Notes under the pieces: model-generated | Database searches by the model: none | Told to the model about the DNA's origin: nothing | The model's input: the letters and a program-made list of their open reading frames with translations, nothing else | Origin: an uncultured Chloroflexia bacterium | GTDB lineage: Bacteria; Chloroflexota; Limnocylindria; Limnocylindrales; CSP1-4 | Reading direction: 5' to 3' | Assembly (NCBI GenBank): GCA_963749705.1 | Contig: CAVVNQ010000004.1 | Location: forward strand, 32,001-96,000 | Length of the DNA: 64,000 nucleotides | Made by a program: the position numbers and the translations under genes | Part shown: positions 47,466 through 56,364 of the stretch, piece after piece | How the letters are laid out: every line of letters begins with the position of its first letter | How positions within the stretch are numbered: position 1 is the first letter of the stretch

Positions 47466-48557
47466 TCAGCCGGCGATCAGCGCCCCCAGCCGGCCGGCGA
47501 TCTCGACCGGATCGAGCTCCAGCGCCGAGTCTCCGATCGCAAGCTCCGTCGTGATCCGGCCCGGCTCATCGGCCGGCCGCCAGGGGCCGCTCAGCAGCAG
47601 CCGTTGCTCGGTCACGAAGGACAGCAACCGCTCGTTGACCGTGGCGGCATCGCCCGCGGCGAACAGCTCGAACGTGTTGGTGTGCGGGACCGGCGGGTTC
47701 GGGGTCACCCCGGCGGGCAACGCCGCGGCAAGCGACCGGGCCCATGCGACGCAGGCGCCCATCAGGGGCAGCCGCTCGCGCAGGCCGACAAGCGCGCCGA
47801 CCGCCTCGGGCGTCATCCGGTAGACGGTGCCGCCCATCCGCCTGCGCCAGCGCCGGGCCTCGTCCACGAAGTCCGCGGGGCCCGCCAGGCACGCCCCGGC
47901 CAACCCGTCGAGGCCCTTGTAGAACGACACGTAGACGCTGTCCGCGAGCGCCGCGATGTCCGCCAGCGGACGATCGTAGAACGGCTGCGCCTCCCACAGC
48001 CGCGCCCCGTCGAAATGAACCCGGATGTCCCGCTCGTGCGCGGCCGCGGCCAGCCCCTCGAGCTCCACCCACGTCGGCAGCAGGCAGCCGGCATCGCGGA
48101 GGGGCAGCTCCACCAGGATGGCCGCGATGCGGCCCGGAAGCCTGGCCAGATCGTCCGCGGTTGCCACGTGGCGGCCGGTGGTGAGGTGCTCGATCTCCAG
48201 CCCATGGACCAGGCGCGGGCCATCCAGCTCGTGGACGAGGAGGTGGCTCAGGTCCGGCATCGCGACGCGGTGCGTCGCTGCACGGTCCGTCCACACTCGC
48301 AGCGCGCACTGCTGGGCCATGACGCCGCTGGGGAAGAACGCCGCGGCGGCCTTGCCCAGCAGCTCCGCCACCTCCGCCTCGAGCCGGGCCACGGGACCGC
48401 GCTCCGCGTACACGTCCCACTCGTCCAGCCCGAGCTCGTCGGCGGCGTCCGCGAGCGCCCGGAGCATCTCGGCGGGCGTCCGGGCACGGTGCCGGGTGAC
48501 CGTCCGGGTGCACGCAGCCGCAGCCGCACGGAAGCGTTCTCCAAACTCGTCGTCCAT
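47466..48557 (-). CDS. Low-specificity threonine aldolase family
   Basis: FFPSGVMAQQ, HLLVHE, HFDGARLWE, YVSFYKG. Confidence 0.9.
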   Translation of the reverse strand: MDDEFGERFRAAAAACTRTVTRHRARTPAEMLRALADAADELGLDEWDVYAERGPVARLEAEVAELLGKAAAAFFPSGVMAQQCALRVWTDRAATHRVAMPDLSHLLVHELDGPRLVHGLEIEHLTTGRHVATADDLARLPGRIAAILVELPLRDAGCLLPTWVELEGLAAAAHERDIRVHFDGARLWEAQPFYDRPLADIAALADSVYVSFYKGLDGLAGACLAGPADFVDEARRWRRRMGGTVYRMTPEAVGALVGLRERLPLMGACVAWARSLAAALPAGVTPNPPVPHTNTFELFAAGDAATVNERLLSFVTEQRLLLSGPWRPADEPGRITTELAIGDSALELDPVEIAGRLGALIAG

Positions 48558-48665
48558 CGTTCTCCCTTGGCGCCCGCCGGCGAAGGTCGCGGCCGCGGCG
48601 GCCGGACCGCGACAACCGTACAGCCCGAGGGTCGATGCCGGCGGGCCACGCGCTAGCATCTCGTG

Positions 48666-49319
48666 GTGCACAGCGAGCCCCCCGGCGTAAGCGAGCCCAC
48701 CCTCCCCCGCCCCGCCACCGCGGTCATCCCGGTGCGCTCGTTCGAGGGCGCGAAGTCCCGGCTGGGCTCCGTGCTCGATGCCGAGGAGCGTCGGGACCTC
48801 GTGACGCGCCTGCTCCGGCGCTCGATCGCGGCGTCGCTCGCGACTCCCGGCGTCGAGGAGGCCATCGTCGTGTCGCCGGACCCGGAGGTGCTCGAGCTGG
48901 CACTCGGCGAGGGCGCGCGCCCGGTCCTCCAGCGGTCGCGCGGCCTCAATCCGGCGCTCCAGGAGGCCCGGCTGGCGGCGCCGGCGGCCACCCGCCTGCT
49001 CGTGGTCCCGGGCGACCTTCCCGCCGTGTCGCCGGCCGCCCTGTCTGCGCTCCTGCGCGCCGGCGACGATGCCGGCTCGCCAAGCGTGGTCCTGGTCCCG
49101 GACCGGCACGGGCGTGGCACCAACGCCCTGCTGCTCGATCCACCCGACGTCATCGATCCCGCGTTCGGTGGCGACAGCCGGGCGGCGCATGCCTGGCTCG
49201 CGTCGTCGGCGGATGCCGCGTTCGTCGAGGTCCCGGGTGACCTCGGCCTGGACCTCGACACGCCGGACGACCTGCTGCTCGTCTCGGCCGCACGACCGGA
49301 GGCGCTCGGTGTCGAGTGA
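48666..49319 (+). CDS. cofC: Phospho-enolpyruvate/2-phospho-L-lactate guanylyltransferase
   Basis: IPVR....KSRL, GLN.AL, GDLP, GTNAL, FG..S, DLDTPDDL. Confidence 0.93.
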   Translation: MHSEPPGVSEPTLPRPATAVIPVRSFEGAKSRLGSVLDAEERRDLVTRLLRRSIAASLATPGVEEAIVVSPDPEVLELALGEGARPVLQRSRGLNPALQEARLAAPAATRLLVVPGDLPAVSPAALSALLRAGDDAGSPSVVLVPDRHGRGTNALLLDPPDVIDPAFGGDSRAAHAWLASSADAAFVEVPGDLGLDLDTPDDLLLVSAARPEALGVE

Positions 49320-50124
49320 GGCGGCCAACGATCGCGACGAGATCCCGAGCGAGGCCGGCGAGGGCCGCGTCGAGATCCTGGCGCTGGCGGGCATGCCGGA
49401 GGTGGGGATCGGCGACGACCTGGGGCGGCTGATCGGGGACGCCCTCGAGGCGACCGCCGGCGCGCTGCCGCTGCAGGCCGGCGACGTCCTGGTCGTGACC
49501 CAGAAGGTCGTGTCCAAGGCGGAGGGTGCGGTCGTCGACCTGCGGACGGTCACGCCGCGCGCCGAGGCCGTGGACTGGGCAGCGGCATGGGACCGCGACG
49601 CGCGCCAGATCGAGGTGGTGCTGCGCGAGGCGCGGCGGGTGGTCCGGATGGAGCGGGGCGTCCTGATCACGGAGACCGAGCACGGGTTCGTGTGCGCCAA
49701 CGGCGGCATCGATGCCTCCAACGTCGGCCCGGGATCGGGCGACCTGGTCACGCTGCTGCCGCACGACCCGGACGCCTCCGCGGGACGGATCCGCGTGGCG
49801 ATCCGGACCCGGTTCGGCCACGACCTGCCCGTGGTCATCTCGGACAGCTTCGGACGACCCTGGCGGTGGGGCATCGTGGACGTGGCCCTGGGCGTGTCCG
49901 GGATCGTGCCGCTCGAGGATCTCCGGGGCGTGCCCGACGCGGACGGGCGCGTCATGAAGACGACCGTGCGCGCCGTCGCCGACGAGCTGGCATCGGCGGC
50001 CGAGCTCGCGCTGGGCAAGACCGCCGGGCGACCGGTGGCGCTGATCCGCGGCGCGAACCCGCCTCGTGGCGAGGGCACGATCCGCGAGCTGCTGATGCCC
50101 GTCGAGAACGACCTGTTCCGCTGA
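49309..50124 (+). CDS. cofE: Coenzyme F420-0:L-glutamate ligase
   Basis: KVVSKAEG, CANGGIDASN, LP.DPD.SA, DSFGRPWR.G, ADELA, DLFR; no C-terminal nitroreductase domain. Confidence 0.95.
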   Translation: MSSEAANDRDEIPSEAGEGRVEILALAGMPEVGIGDDLGRLIGDALEATAGALPLQAGDVLVVTQKVVSKAEGAVVDLRTVTPRAEAVDWAAAWDRDARQIEVVLREARRVVRMERGVLITETEHGFVCANGGIDASNVGPGSGDLVTLLPHDPDASAGRIRVAIRTRFGHDLPVVISDSFGRPWRWGIVDVALGVSGIVPLEDLRGVPDADGRVMKTTVRAVADELASAAELALGKTAGRPVALIRGANPPRGEGTIRELLMPVENDLFR

Positions 50125-50224
50125 TCCCGCGCAATCTGGCAGTGCCGAACATCCGGCCCGTGGCGGCCACCGCATAGCCGCGCCCGCCCGCGCGATCGGG
50201 CACCGCCCGCGCTACTCTCGAGAC

Positions 50225-51118
50225 ATGAAGGCAGGACTGCAGATCTCGTCGTTCACCTGGCCCGACGGCGCAGAGGCGATCGGCCCCACGCTCGGGCGCA
50301 TCGTTCGCGCGGCCGACGACGCCGGCTTCGACTCCATCTGGGTCATGGACCACTTCTTCCAGATCCGTGGCGTGGGGCGAGCCGAGGAGCCGATGCTCGA
50401 GGGCTGGACCGCGCTCGGCTTCATGGCCGCGCACTCCACCACCGCACGGCTGGGGCTGATGGTGGGCGGCGTCCACTACCGATTGCCGGGCCTGTGGGTC
50501 AAGGCGGCAACGACGCTCGACGTGCTGTCCGGAGGCCGTGCCTGGCTGGGCATCGGCGCCGCATGGAACGAGGAGGAGTCGCACGGGCTCGGGTTCCCGT
50601 TCCCGCCCCTTGGCGAGCGGTTCGGGATGCTCGAGGAGACGCTGCAGATCGCCCATGGCATGTGGCAGGGCGAGCGCGGCAGCGAGGCGGCGTTCGAGGG
50701 CACGTACTACCGTGCGACGCGCCTGATGAACTCGCCCCAGGCCCTGTCGCGGCCGCACCCCCCGATCATGATCGGCGGTGGCGGTGAGCGGAAGACGCTT
50801 CGGCTGGTCGCCCAGTACGCGGACGCATGCAACGTGTTCGGCGACCCCCACCGGATCCACCACAAGTACGAGGTCCTGCGCGAGCACTGCGAGGCGATCG
50901 GGCGCGATCCCGAGGAGATCGAGCGATCGACCCTCCAGTCCGTGAGCCTGGCGCTTGACGGACGACCCGGCGACAGCCCGGCGCAGGTGGTCGACCGGTT
51001 CGGCGAGCTCGCGGACGCCGGCGCCCAGCACGTGATCTTCGGCGTCCGCGACGTCTGGGACCCGCGAACGATCGAGATCCTCGGCCGCGACGTCCTGCCG
51101 CAGCTGCGCGAGCTGTAG
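50225..51118 (+). CDS. LLM-class F420-dependent oxidoreductase
   Basis: WVMDHFFQI, MLEGWT, TLDVLSGGR, IGGGGERKTL. Confidence 0.93.
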   Translation: MKAGLQISSFTWPDGAEAIGPTLGRIVRAADDAGFDSIWVMDHFFQIRGVGRAEEPMLEGWTALGFMAAHSTTARLGLMVGGVHYRLPGLWVKAATTLDVLSGGRAWLGIGAAWNEEESHGLGFPFPPLGERFGMLEETLQIAHGMWQGERGSEAAFEGTYYRATRLMNSPQALSRPHPPIMIGGGGERKTLRLVAQYADACNVFGDPHRIHHKYEVLREHCEAIGRDPEEIERSTLQSVSLALDGRPGDSPAQVVDRFGELADAGAQHVIFGVRDVWDPRTIEILGRDVLPQLREL

Positions 51119-51153
51119 CGAGCGGCGGACCGTCGATGTCGCAACCTCGGCGG

Positions 51154-51170
51154 ATACCCCCAGGGGGTAT
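51154..51170. promoter_or_regulatory. CsoR/RcnR-family operator-like palindrome
   Basis: Perfect ATACCCCC-A-GGGGGTAT just upstream of the TACGCT -10 box of trxB. Confidence 0.7.
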
Positions 51171-51230
51171 GCATCAATCGTGCTACGCTTGGGTCAGGAC
51201 ACGCCTTCACGCAGAGATGACAATCCCACG

Positions 51231-52460
51231 ATGAGCGACGAGCAGCACGGCGACGACGCCGCGAGCAGCGACGACAACGGCACCGGCGGCGGGCTGGGCA
51301 CCATGAAGATCAACTTCGGGCCGGACGCGACGACGCCTCTGGCGGGCGCCGGCCAGAGCGGGGCGCCGCCGGCGGACACGCGCCCCGCGAGCCCCGCTGG
51401 CCCGGCTCCCGGGCTCAATCCGTTCGGTGCGATCTCGATCATCTCGGACGCGCCGTCCGATGCGATCCCGGTCCCGGGCGGCCCGGTGGACGAAGCCGAC
51501 GCGGCCCGGCGCAGCGAGTCGAAGGTGCTGATCATCGGCTCCGGGCCCGCCGGCCTGACCGCCGCGATCTACGCCGCCCGCGCGAACCTGGAGCCGCTCG
51601 TGATCGCGGGCTCGGCGCCCGGCGGTCAGCTGATGCTCACCAGCGAGGTCGAGAACTATCCGGGCTTCCCCGACGGCATCGACGGTCCCGACCTGATGGC
51701 GAAGTTCCGCGCCCAGGCCGAGCGGTTCGGCGCCCGGTTCGTGGACGTGGACATCGACCGCGCCGACTTCTCGGTCCGTCCGTTCCGGGTGTGGGCGCGC
51801 GGCGCCGAGTATCGCGGCGACAGCGTGATCATCGCGACCGGCGCGTCCGCGCTGTGGCTCAACCTCGAGAGCGAGCAGCGCCTGCGCGGTCGCGGCGTGT
51901 CCGCCTGCGCCACCTGCGACGGGTTCTTCTTCCGGGATCGCGAGATCGCCGTCGTCGGCGGCGGCGATTCGGCCATGGAGGAGGCGAACTACCTGACGCG
52001 GTTCGCGAGCAAGGTCCACCTCCTCCACCGGCGGGACGGGTTCCGGGCATCGAAGATCATGATCGACCGCACGTACGGTCACCCCAAGATCGAGGTCCAC
52101 ACCAACACCGAGGTCGCCGAGGTCCTGGGCGACGCCAAGGTCGAGGGGCTGCGGCTGCGCGACACCCGGACCGGCGATGAGCGCGAGCTCGCGATGGACG
52201 GCCTGTTCATCGCCATCGGCCACAAGCCCAACACCGACGTGTTCCGGGACTGGCTCGACGCCGACGAGAAGGGCTACCTCGTCGCGCACGACCACACCGA
52301 GAGCCAGATCGAAGGCGTGTTCATCGCCGGTGACGTCCGCGATCACCGCTACCGCCAGGCGGTCACCGCCGCGGGCGATGGCTGCAGGGCCGCGATCGAC
52401 GTCGAGAAGTGGCTCGAGGCCAAGGGGATCGCGGAGCCGACGCCCGCGACCGTCTGGTAG
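51231..52460 (+). CDS. trxB: Thioredoxin-disulfide reductase with long N-terminal extension
   Basis: IIGSGPAG, GGQL, CATC, GGGDSA.EE, HRRD, GDV.D..YRQAVTAAG. Confidence 0.96.
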   Translation: MSDEQHGDDAASSDDNGTGGGLGTMKINFGPDATTPLAGAGQSGAPPADTRPASPAGPAPGLNPFGAISIISDAPSDAIPVPGGPVDEADAARRSESKVLIIGSGPAGLTAAIYAARANLEPLVIAGSAPGGQLMLTSEVENYPGFPDGIDGPDLMAKFRAQAERFGARFVDVDIDRADFSVRPFRVWARGAEYRGDSVIIATGASALWLNLESEQRLRGRGVSACATCDGFFFRDREIAVVGGGDSAMEEANYLTRFASKVHLLHRRDGFRASKIMIDRTYGHPKIEVHTNTEVAEVLGDAKVEGLRLRDTRTGDERELAMDGLFIAIGHKPNTDVFRDWLDADEKGYLVAHDHTESQIEGVFIAGDVRDHRYRQAVTAAGDGCRAAIDVEKWLEAKGIAEPTPATVW

Positions 52461-52517
52461 CCCGGGCGCCACGGCGTCGCGGCGTCAGGGCGTCCCGGCG
52501 CAAGCCGCCGACGCGGC

Positions 52518-52644
52518 CCCCCAGCGCGTTCTCGTCCCCCAGCGCGTTCTCGTCCCCCAGCCCGTTCACGCCCCCAGCCCGTTCTCGCCCCCAGCCCGTT
52601 CTCGCCCCCAGCCCGTTCACGCCCCCAAGCACGTTCTCACCCCC
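52518..52644. repeat. Tandem repeat, 7 x 17-18 bp
   Basis: Unit CCCCCAGC(G/C)CGTTC(T/A)CG(T), with no spacers. Confidence 0.9.
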
Positions 52645-52649
52645 GACTT

Positions 52650-52849
52650 CCTGACACATGCCCACGTCGCGGACGTAAGCCGGTGGCAACACCAGGCGGT
52701 CGCCGCCAGGGCGGACAATCGGCCGACGCCGGACCGTCTGGCGGACATCTGGCAGGCAGCTGGCGGCCACGGGCGGCTCCTGGTGCCCGGATCCGGCCAC
52801 GGGCGCGACGTGGGGCCGGCGAAGGGTCGCCTGGCGGACATCTGGCAGG
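52650..52849. repeat. REP/MITE-like three-copy element
   Basis: CTGGCGGACATCTGGCAGG identical at 52738 and 52831, degenerate inverted copy at 52650, internal IR CCCACGTCGCG/CGCGACGTGGG. Confidence 0.65.
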
Positions 52850-52966
52850 GGCGCGATCGGCAGGCGAGCGGTGGGTCTGGCGGGCGAGCGGTGGGCAGGC
52901 GCGCGGCCTGGCGATCGCCAACCGTTGCCGCCGCAACGATCGGGGTCGCGTGCTAGGGTCCCATCG

Positions 52967-55021
52967 ATGAGCTTTCGAGGCGGTGGGATGCGGTCGCTGG
53001 CGCGCGCCGGCGGATCCACCACGGGGGGCCGCCTGACGCCCCCGTCGGACGAGTTCGATCGGGTACCCCCCGAGCGGCGCGGCCGCACCGCGCGCCGGAT
53101 CACGACCTTCTTCGGGCCCTACCGTGGCCAGATCGTCGTCGTGCTCGTGGCAATTCTCGTCACGAGCCTGGTCGGGCTCGTCAATCCGTACCTGCTCAAG
53201 CTGCTGATCGATGACGTCATCGTCGGCCACCAGTTCGACAAGCTGAACCTCTACGTCGGGCTGATGATCGTGCTGCCGATCGTGTCCGGCCTGATCGGCG
53301 TCGGGCAGAGCTATCTCAACAATCTCATCGGCCAGAGCGTGATGCAGGATCTGCGGAACGCGCTCTACGCCCACCTGCAGCGGATGCCGCTCCGGTTCTT
53401 CACCGCCACCCGGACGGGCGAGATCCAGAGCCGCCTGGCCAACGACGTCGGCGGCGTCCAGCGGGTCGTGACCGACACGGCGAGCTCGGTGACCTCCAAC
53501 GTGGCCGTCGCCCTGAGCACGATGGTCGCGATGGTGCTCATCGACTGGCGCCTCACCCTGCTGTCGCTCGGGATGCTTCCGTTCTTTCTCGTGCTCACCG
53601 CGCGCGTGGGCCGGGTCCGACGACAGGTCAGCAGCGAGACCCAGAAGCGCCTGGCCGAGATGAGCGCCGTGACCGAGGAGACGCTGTCCGTGTCGGGCAT
53701 GCTGCTGGGCAAGACGTTCGGCGCGCAGGACCGATCCGTGGCGAGGTTCAGCGCGCTCAACCTCGAGCTGGCCCGGCTGCAGATCCGCCAGGCGATGGTC
53801 GGGCGCTGGTTCTTCATGATCATCGGCACGATCTTCTCGATCACGCCGGCGTTCGTGTACTGGCTGGCCGGGACGCTCGCGGCGAACGGCGACCCGAGCG
53901 CGCCGACCGCCGGCGACATCGTGGCGTTCACCACGCTCCAGAGCCGGCTGTTCTTCCCGATGGGCCAGCTGCTCAACGTCCAGGTCGAGATCCAGGGCTC
54001 GCTCGCGCTGTTCGACCGCATCTTCGAGTACCTGGACCTCGATCCCGAGATCGTGGACGCGCCGGACGCGATCGCGCTCGAGCCCGCCGACGTCCGCGGC
54101 GCCGTCGCGTTCCGCGATGTCAGCTTCCGCTATCCCAGCGAGCCGTCGTCGGCGGGCGAGGCGTCGCCGGGCGACGAGGCGGCGGCCGTGGACGGCGAGG
54201 CCAACCCGGCCGTGGCCGAGGCGGCGGCGCGCGAGCTCGTCCCGGTCGCCGGCGATGCGCAGCCCGGTGACGGGGCGGCGGCCGGGGGGACGGCGGCCGA
54301 GCCCGCCCAGCCGTTCGGCCTCGACGATGTCTCGTTCCAGGCGCGACCCGGGGAGCTGGTCGCGCTCGTCGGCCCGTCGGGGGCCGGCAAGACCACGACC
54401 ACCTACCTCATCCCGCGCCTGTACGACGTCGCTGCCGGAAGCGTCGAGATCGACGGCATCGATGTCCGGCAGATCCGGCTGGCGTCGCTCGGCCGGATCA
54501 TCGGCTTCGTGACCCAGGAGACGTACCTGTTCCACGCCTCGATCCGGGACAACCTGCTGTACGCGAAGCCCGATGCGACGCAGGAGGAGCTCGAGGCGGC
54601 GGTCGCGGCGGCGGCCATCGGTGACCGGATCGCGGAGCTGGCCGACGGGTTCGACACGATCGTCGGCGAGCGCGGCTACAAGCTCTCGGGTGGTGAGAAG
54701 CAGCGGATCGCGATCGCCCGGGTGCTGCTCAAGGATCCCCGGATCCTGATCCTCGACGAGGCGACGTCGTCGCTCGACACCGTGAGCGAGCGGCTGATCC
54801 AGGCCGCCCTGAGCCGGCTGACCGAGGGTCGTACCACGATCGCGATCGCGCACCGCCTGTCGACGATCCTGCGCGCCGATCGGATCCTGGTGTTCGACCA
54901 CGGGCGGATCGTCGAGCGCGGCACGCACCGCGAGCTGATCGCGAAGGGCGGCCTGTACTCGCGGCTGTACCACGAGCAGTTCGAGGCCGAGGCGGCGCAG
55001 CTGGCAATCCTCGGCGCCTGA
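52967..55021 (+). CDS. ABC exporter, fused permease/ATPase
   Basis: TM domain, GPSGAGKT, LSGGEKQR, LILDEATS, IAHRLST. Confidence 0.95.
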   Translation: MSFRGGGMRSLARAGGSTTGGRLTPPSDEFDRVPPERRGRTARRITTFFGPYRGQIVVVLVAILVTSLVGLVNPYLLKLLIDDVIVGHQFDKLNLYVGLMIVLPIVSGLIGVGQSYLNNLIGQSVMQDLRNALYAHLQRMPLRFFTATRTGEIQSRLANDVGGVQRVVTDTASSVTSNVAVALSTMVAMVLIDWRLTLLSLGMLPFFLVLTARVGRVRRQVSSETQKRLAEMSAVTEETLSVSGMLLGKTFGAQDRSVARFSALNLELARLQIRQAMVGRWFFMIIGTIFSITPAFVYWLAGTLAANGDPSAPTAGDIVAFTTLQSRLFFPMGQLLNVQVEIQGSLALFDRIFEYLDLDPEIVDAPDAIALEPADVRGAVAFRDVSFRYPSEPSSAGEASPGDEAAAVDGEANPAVAEAAARELVPVAGDAQPGDGAAAGGTAAEPAQPFGLDDVSFQARPGELVALVGPSGAGKTTTTYLIPRLYDVAAGSVEIDGIDVRQIRLASLGRIIGFVTQETYLFHASIRDNLLYAKPDATQEELEAAVAAAAIGDRIAELADGFDTIVGERGYKLSGGEKQRIAIARVLLKDPRILILDEATSSLDTVSERLIQAALSRLTEGRTTIAIAHRLSTILRADRILVFDHGRIVERGTHRELIAKGGLYSRLYHEQFEAEAAQLAILGA

Positions 55022-55055
55022 TCGACGACCGGCCGCCGACCGTCGGCCAACTCCA

Positions 55056-55094
55056 ATTGCATGACTATGCAATGCTCCTGTATACTCATGCTGT
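55056..55094 (+). promoter_or_regulatory. Tandem ARG boxes overlapping the arg promoter
   Basis: ATTGCATGACTATGCAAT, 3-bp gap, CCTGTATACTCATGCTGT; TTGCAT-18-TATACT promoter; argR is in the operon. Confidence 0.85.
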
Positions 55095-55161
55095 GACGAC
55101 CCTCCGCCCGATCTCCAGCCCCTCGAGCCTGCGGCCGGCGAGCCGCTGCGCGCGCCGGTGA
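55093..55161 (+). CDS. Putative leaderless arg-operon leader peptide (22 aa, MTTLRPISSPSSLRPASRCARR)
   Basis: GTG 6 nt after TATACT; TGA overlaps the argC GTG. Confidence 0.55.
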   Translation: MTTLRPISSPSSLRPASRCARR

Positions 55162-56333
55162 GCGCGGACTCGACGGGCGCGGCGATCGAGGCGGGCCGTC
55201 ATTCCGAGGCCTCCCCTGCCCCGGACGCGGTGCCCGGCGCAGCGCCGACGGCGGTCGCGCGCGGCACGCGTGCGCTGGGCGGCGATCCGCTCCGCGTCGC
55301 GATCGTGGGTGCGACGGGATACGTCGGCGCGGAGCTGATCCGCCTGCTCGCGCTGCACCCGCACGCCCGGATCGTGGGACTCGTCGGGCGTGAGCGGAAG
55401 GGCGACCCCGTCGCGGGCATCCACCCCCATCTCGCGACGCAGGACCTGCGCGTGTTCGACACCGTGCCCGACGACGCCGAGGCGGTGTTCACCGCCCTGC
55501 CCCACGGCGCGGTGGCCGCACGCATCGACGAGCTCCTCGGACGCGAGCGGAGCGTGATCGACCTGGGCCCGGACTTCCGCCTCCGGGACCCCGCCGACTA
55601 CCCGACCTGGTATCACCTCGAGCACCCCCGCCCCGACCTCCTCTCGGGCGCCGTCTACGGCCTGCCGGAGCTGCACCGCGCGGAGCTCGCCGCGTTGGGG
55701 ACGACGCCCGGCGCGATCGTCGGTGCACCCGGCTGCTATGCGACGACCTCGATCCTCGCACTCGCGCCGCTCGCCCGGGCGGGGCTGATCGGCGACCTCG
55801 TCGTGGACGCCAAGAGCGGCGTGTCCGGGGCCGGCCGGGACCCGAAGGCCGACCTCCACTTCGGCGAGGTCAACGAGAGCGTCAGGGCATACGGCGTGTT
55901 CACGCATCGCCACATCGGCGAGATCGAGCAGGAGCTGGGCGCGCTGGGGCAGGACACCACCTCGAACCCCGGCGTCCGCGGCATCGACTTCCTGCCTCAC
56001 CTGATCCCGATGACCCGGGGGATCCTCTCCGCCTGCCACGTCCGGCCGACCCGCGCCGTGACGCAGGCCGAGCTCGACCAGCTGTATGCGGCCGCCTACG
56101 CCGGCGAGCCGTTCATCACCGTGACCGACACGCCGCCCGCGACCAAGCACGTCCTGGGCAGCAACGAGCTCCGCGTGTGGTGCCGGCTGGACGAGCGCAA
56201 CGGGCGGATCCTCGCGATCGCCGTCCTCGACAACCTGGTGAAGGGAGCGGCCGGCCAGGCGATCCAGGCGTTCAACATCGTCCACGGCCTGCCCGAGACG
56301 GCCGGCCTCCTCCAGCTTCCCCTCGCGCCCTGA
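55158..56333 (+). CDS. argC: N-acetyl-gamma-glutamyl-phosphate reductase
   Basis: GATGYVG, ALPHG, DFRL, YGLPE, PGCY, SGVSGAG, DNLVKGAAGQA. Confidence 0.96.
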   Translation: MSADSTGAAIEAGRHSEASPAPDAVPGAAPTAVARGTRALGGDPLRVAIVGATGYVGAELIRLLALHPHARIVGLVGRERKGDPVAGIHPHLATQDLRVFDTVPDDAEAVFTALPHGAVAARIDELLGRERSVIDLGPDFRLRDPADYPTWYHLEHPRPDLLSGAVYGLPELHRAELAALGTTPGAIVGAPGCYATTSILALAPLARAGLIGDLVVDAKSGVSGAGRDPKADLHFGEVNESVRAYGVFTHRHIGEIEQELGALGQDTTSNPGVRGIDFLPHLIPMTRGILSACHVRPTRAVTQAELDQLYAAAYAGEPFITVTDTPPATKHVLGSNELRVWCRLDERNGRILAIAVLDNLVKGAAGQAIQAFNIVHGLPETAGLLQLPLAP

Positions 56334-56364
56334 CGGCGCCCTTAAACGCTCCGAGGTTCCCTTG

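Noticed and set aside
52518-52644. Possible CRISPR array
   Set aside because: Units are contiguous 17-18-mers without unique spacers, and no cas genes are present
52177-52956. ORF with repeated PQRVLV/RLADIWQ peptides
   Set aside because: Overlaps trxB out of frame; the peptide repeats merely reflect non-coding DNA repeats of mixed unit length
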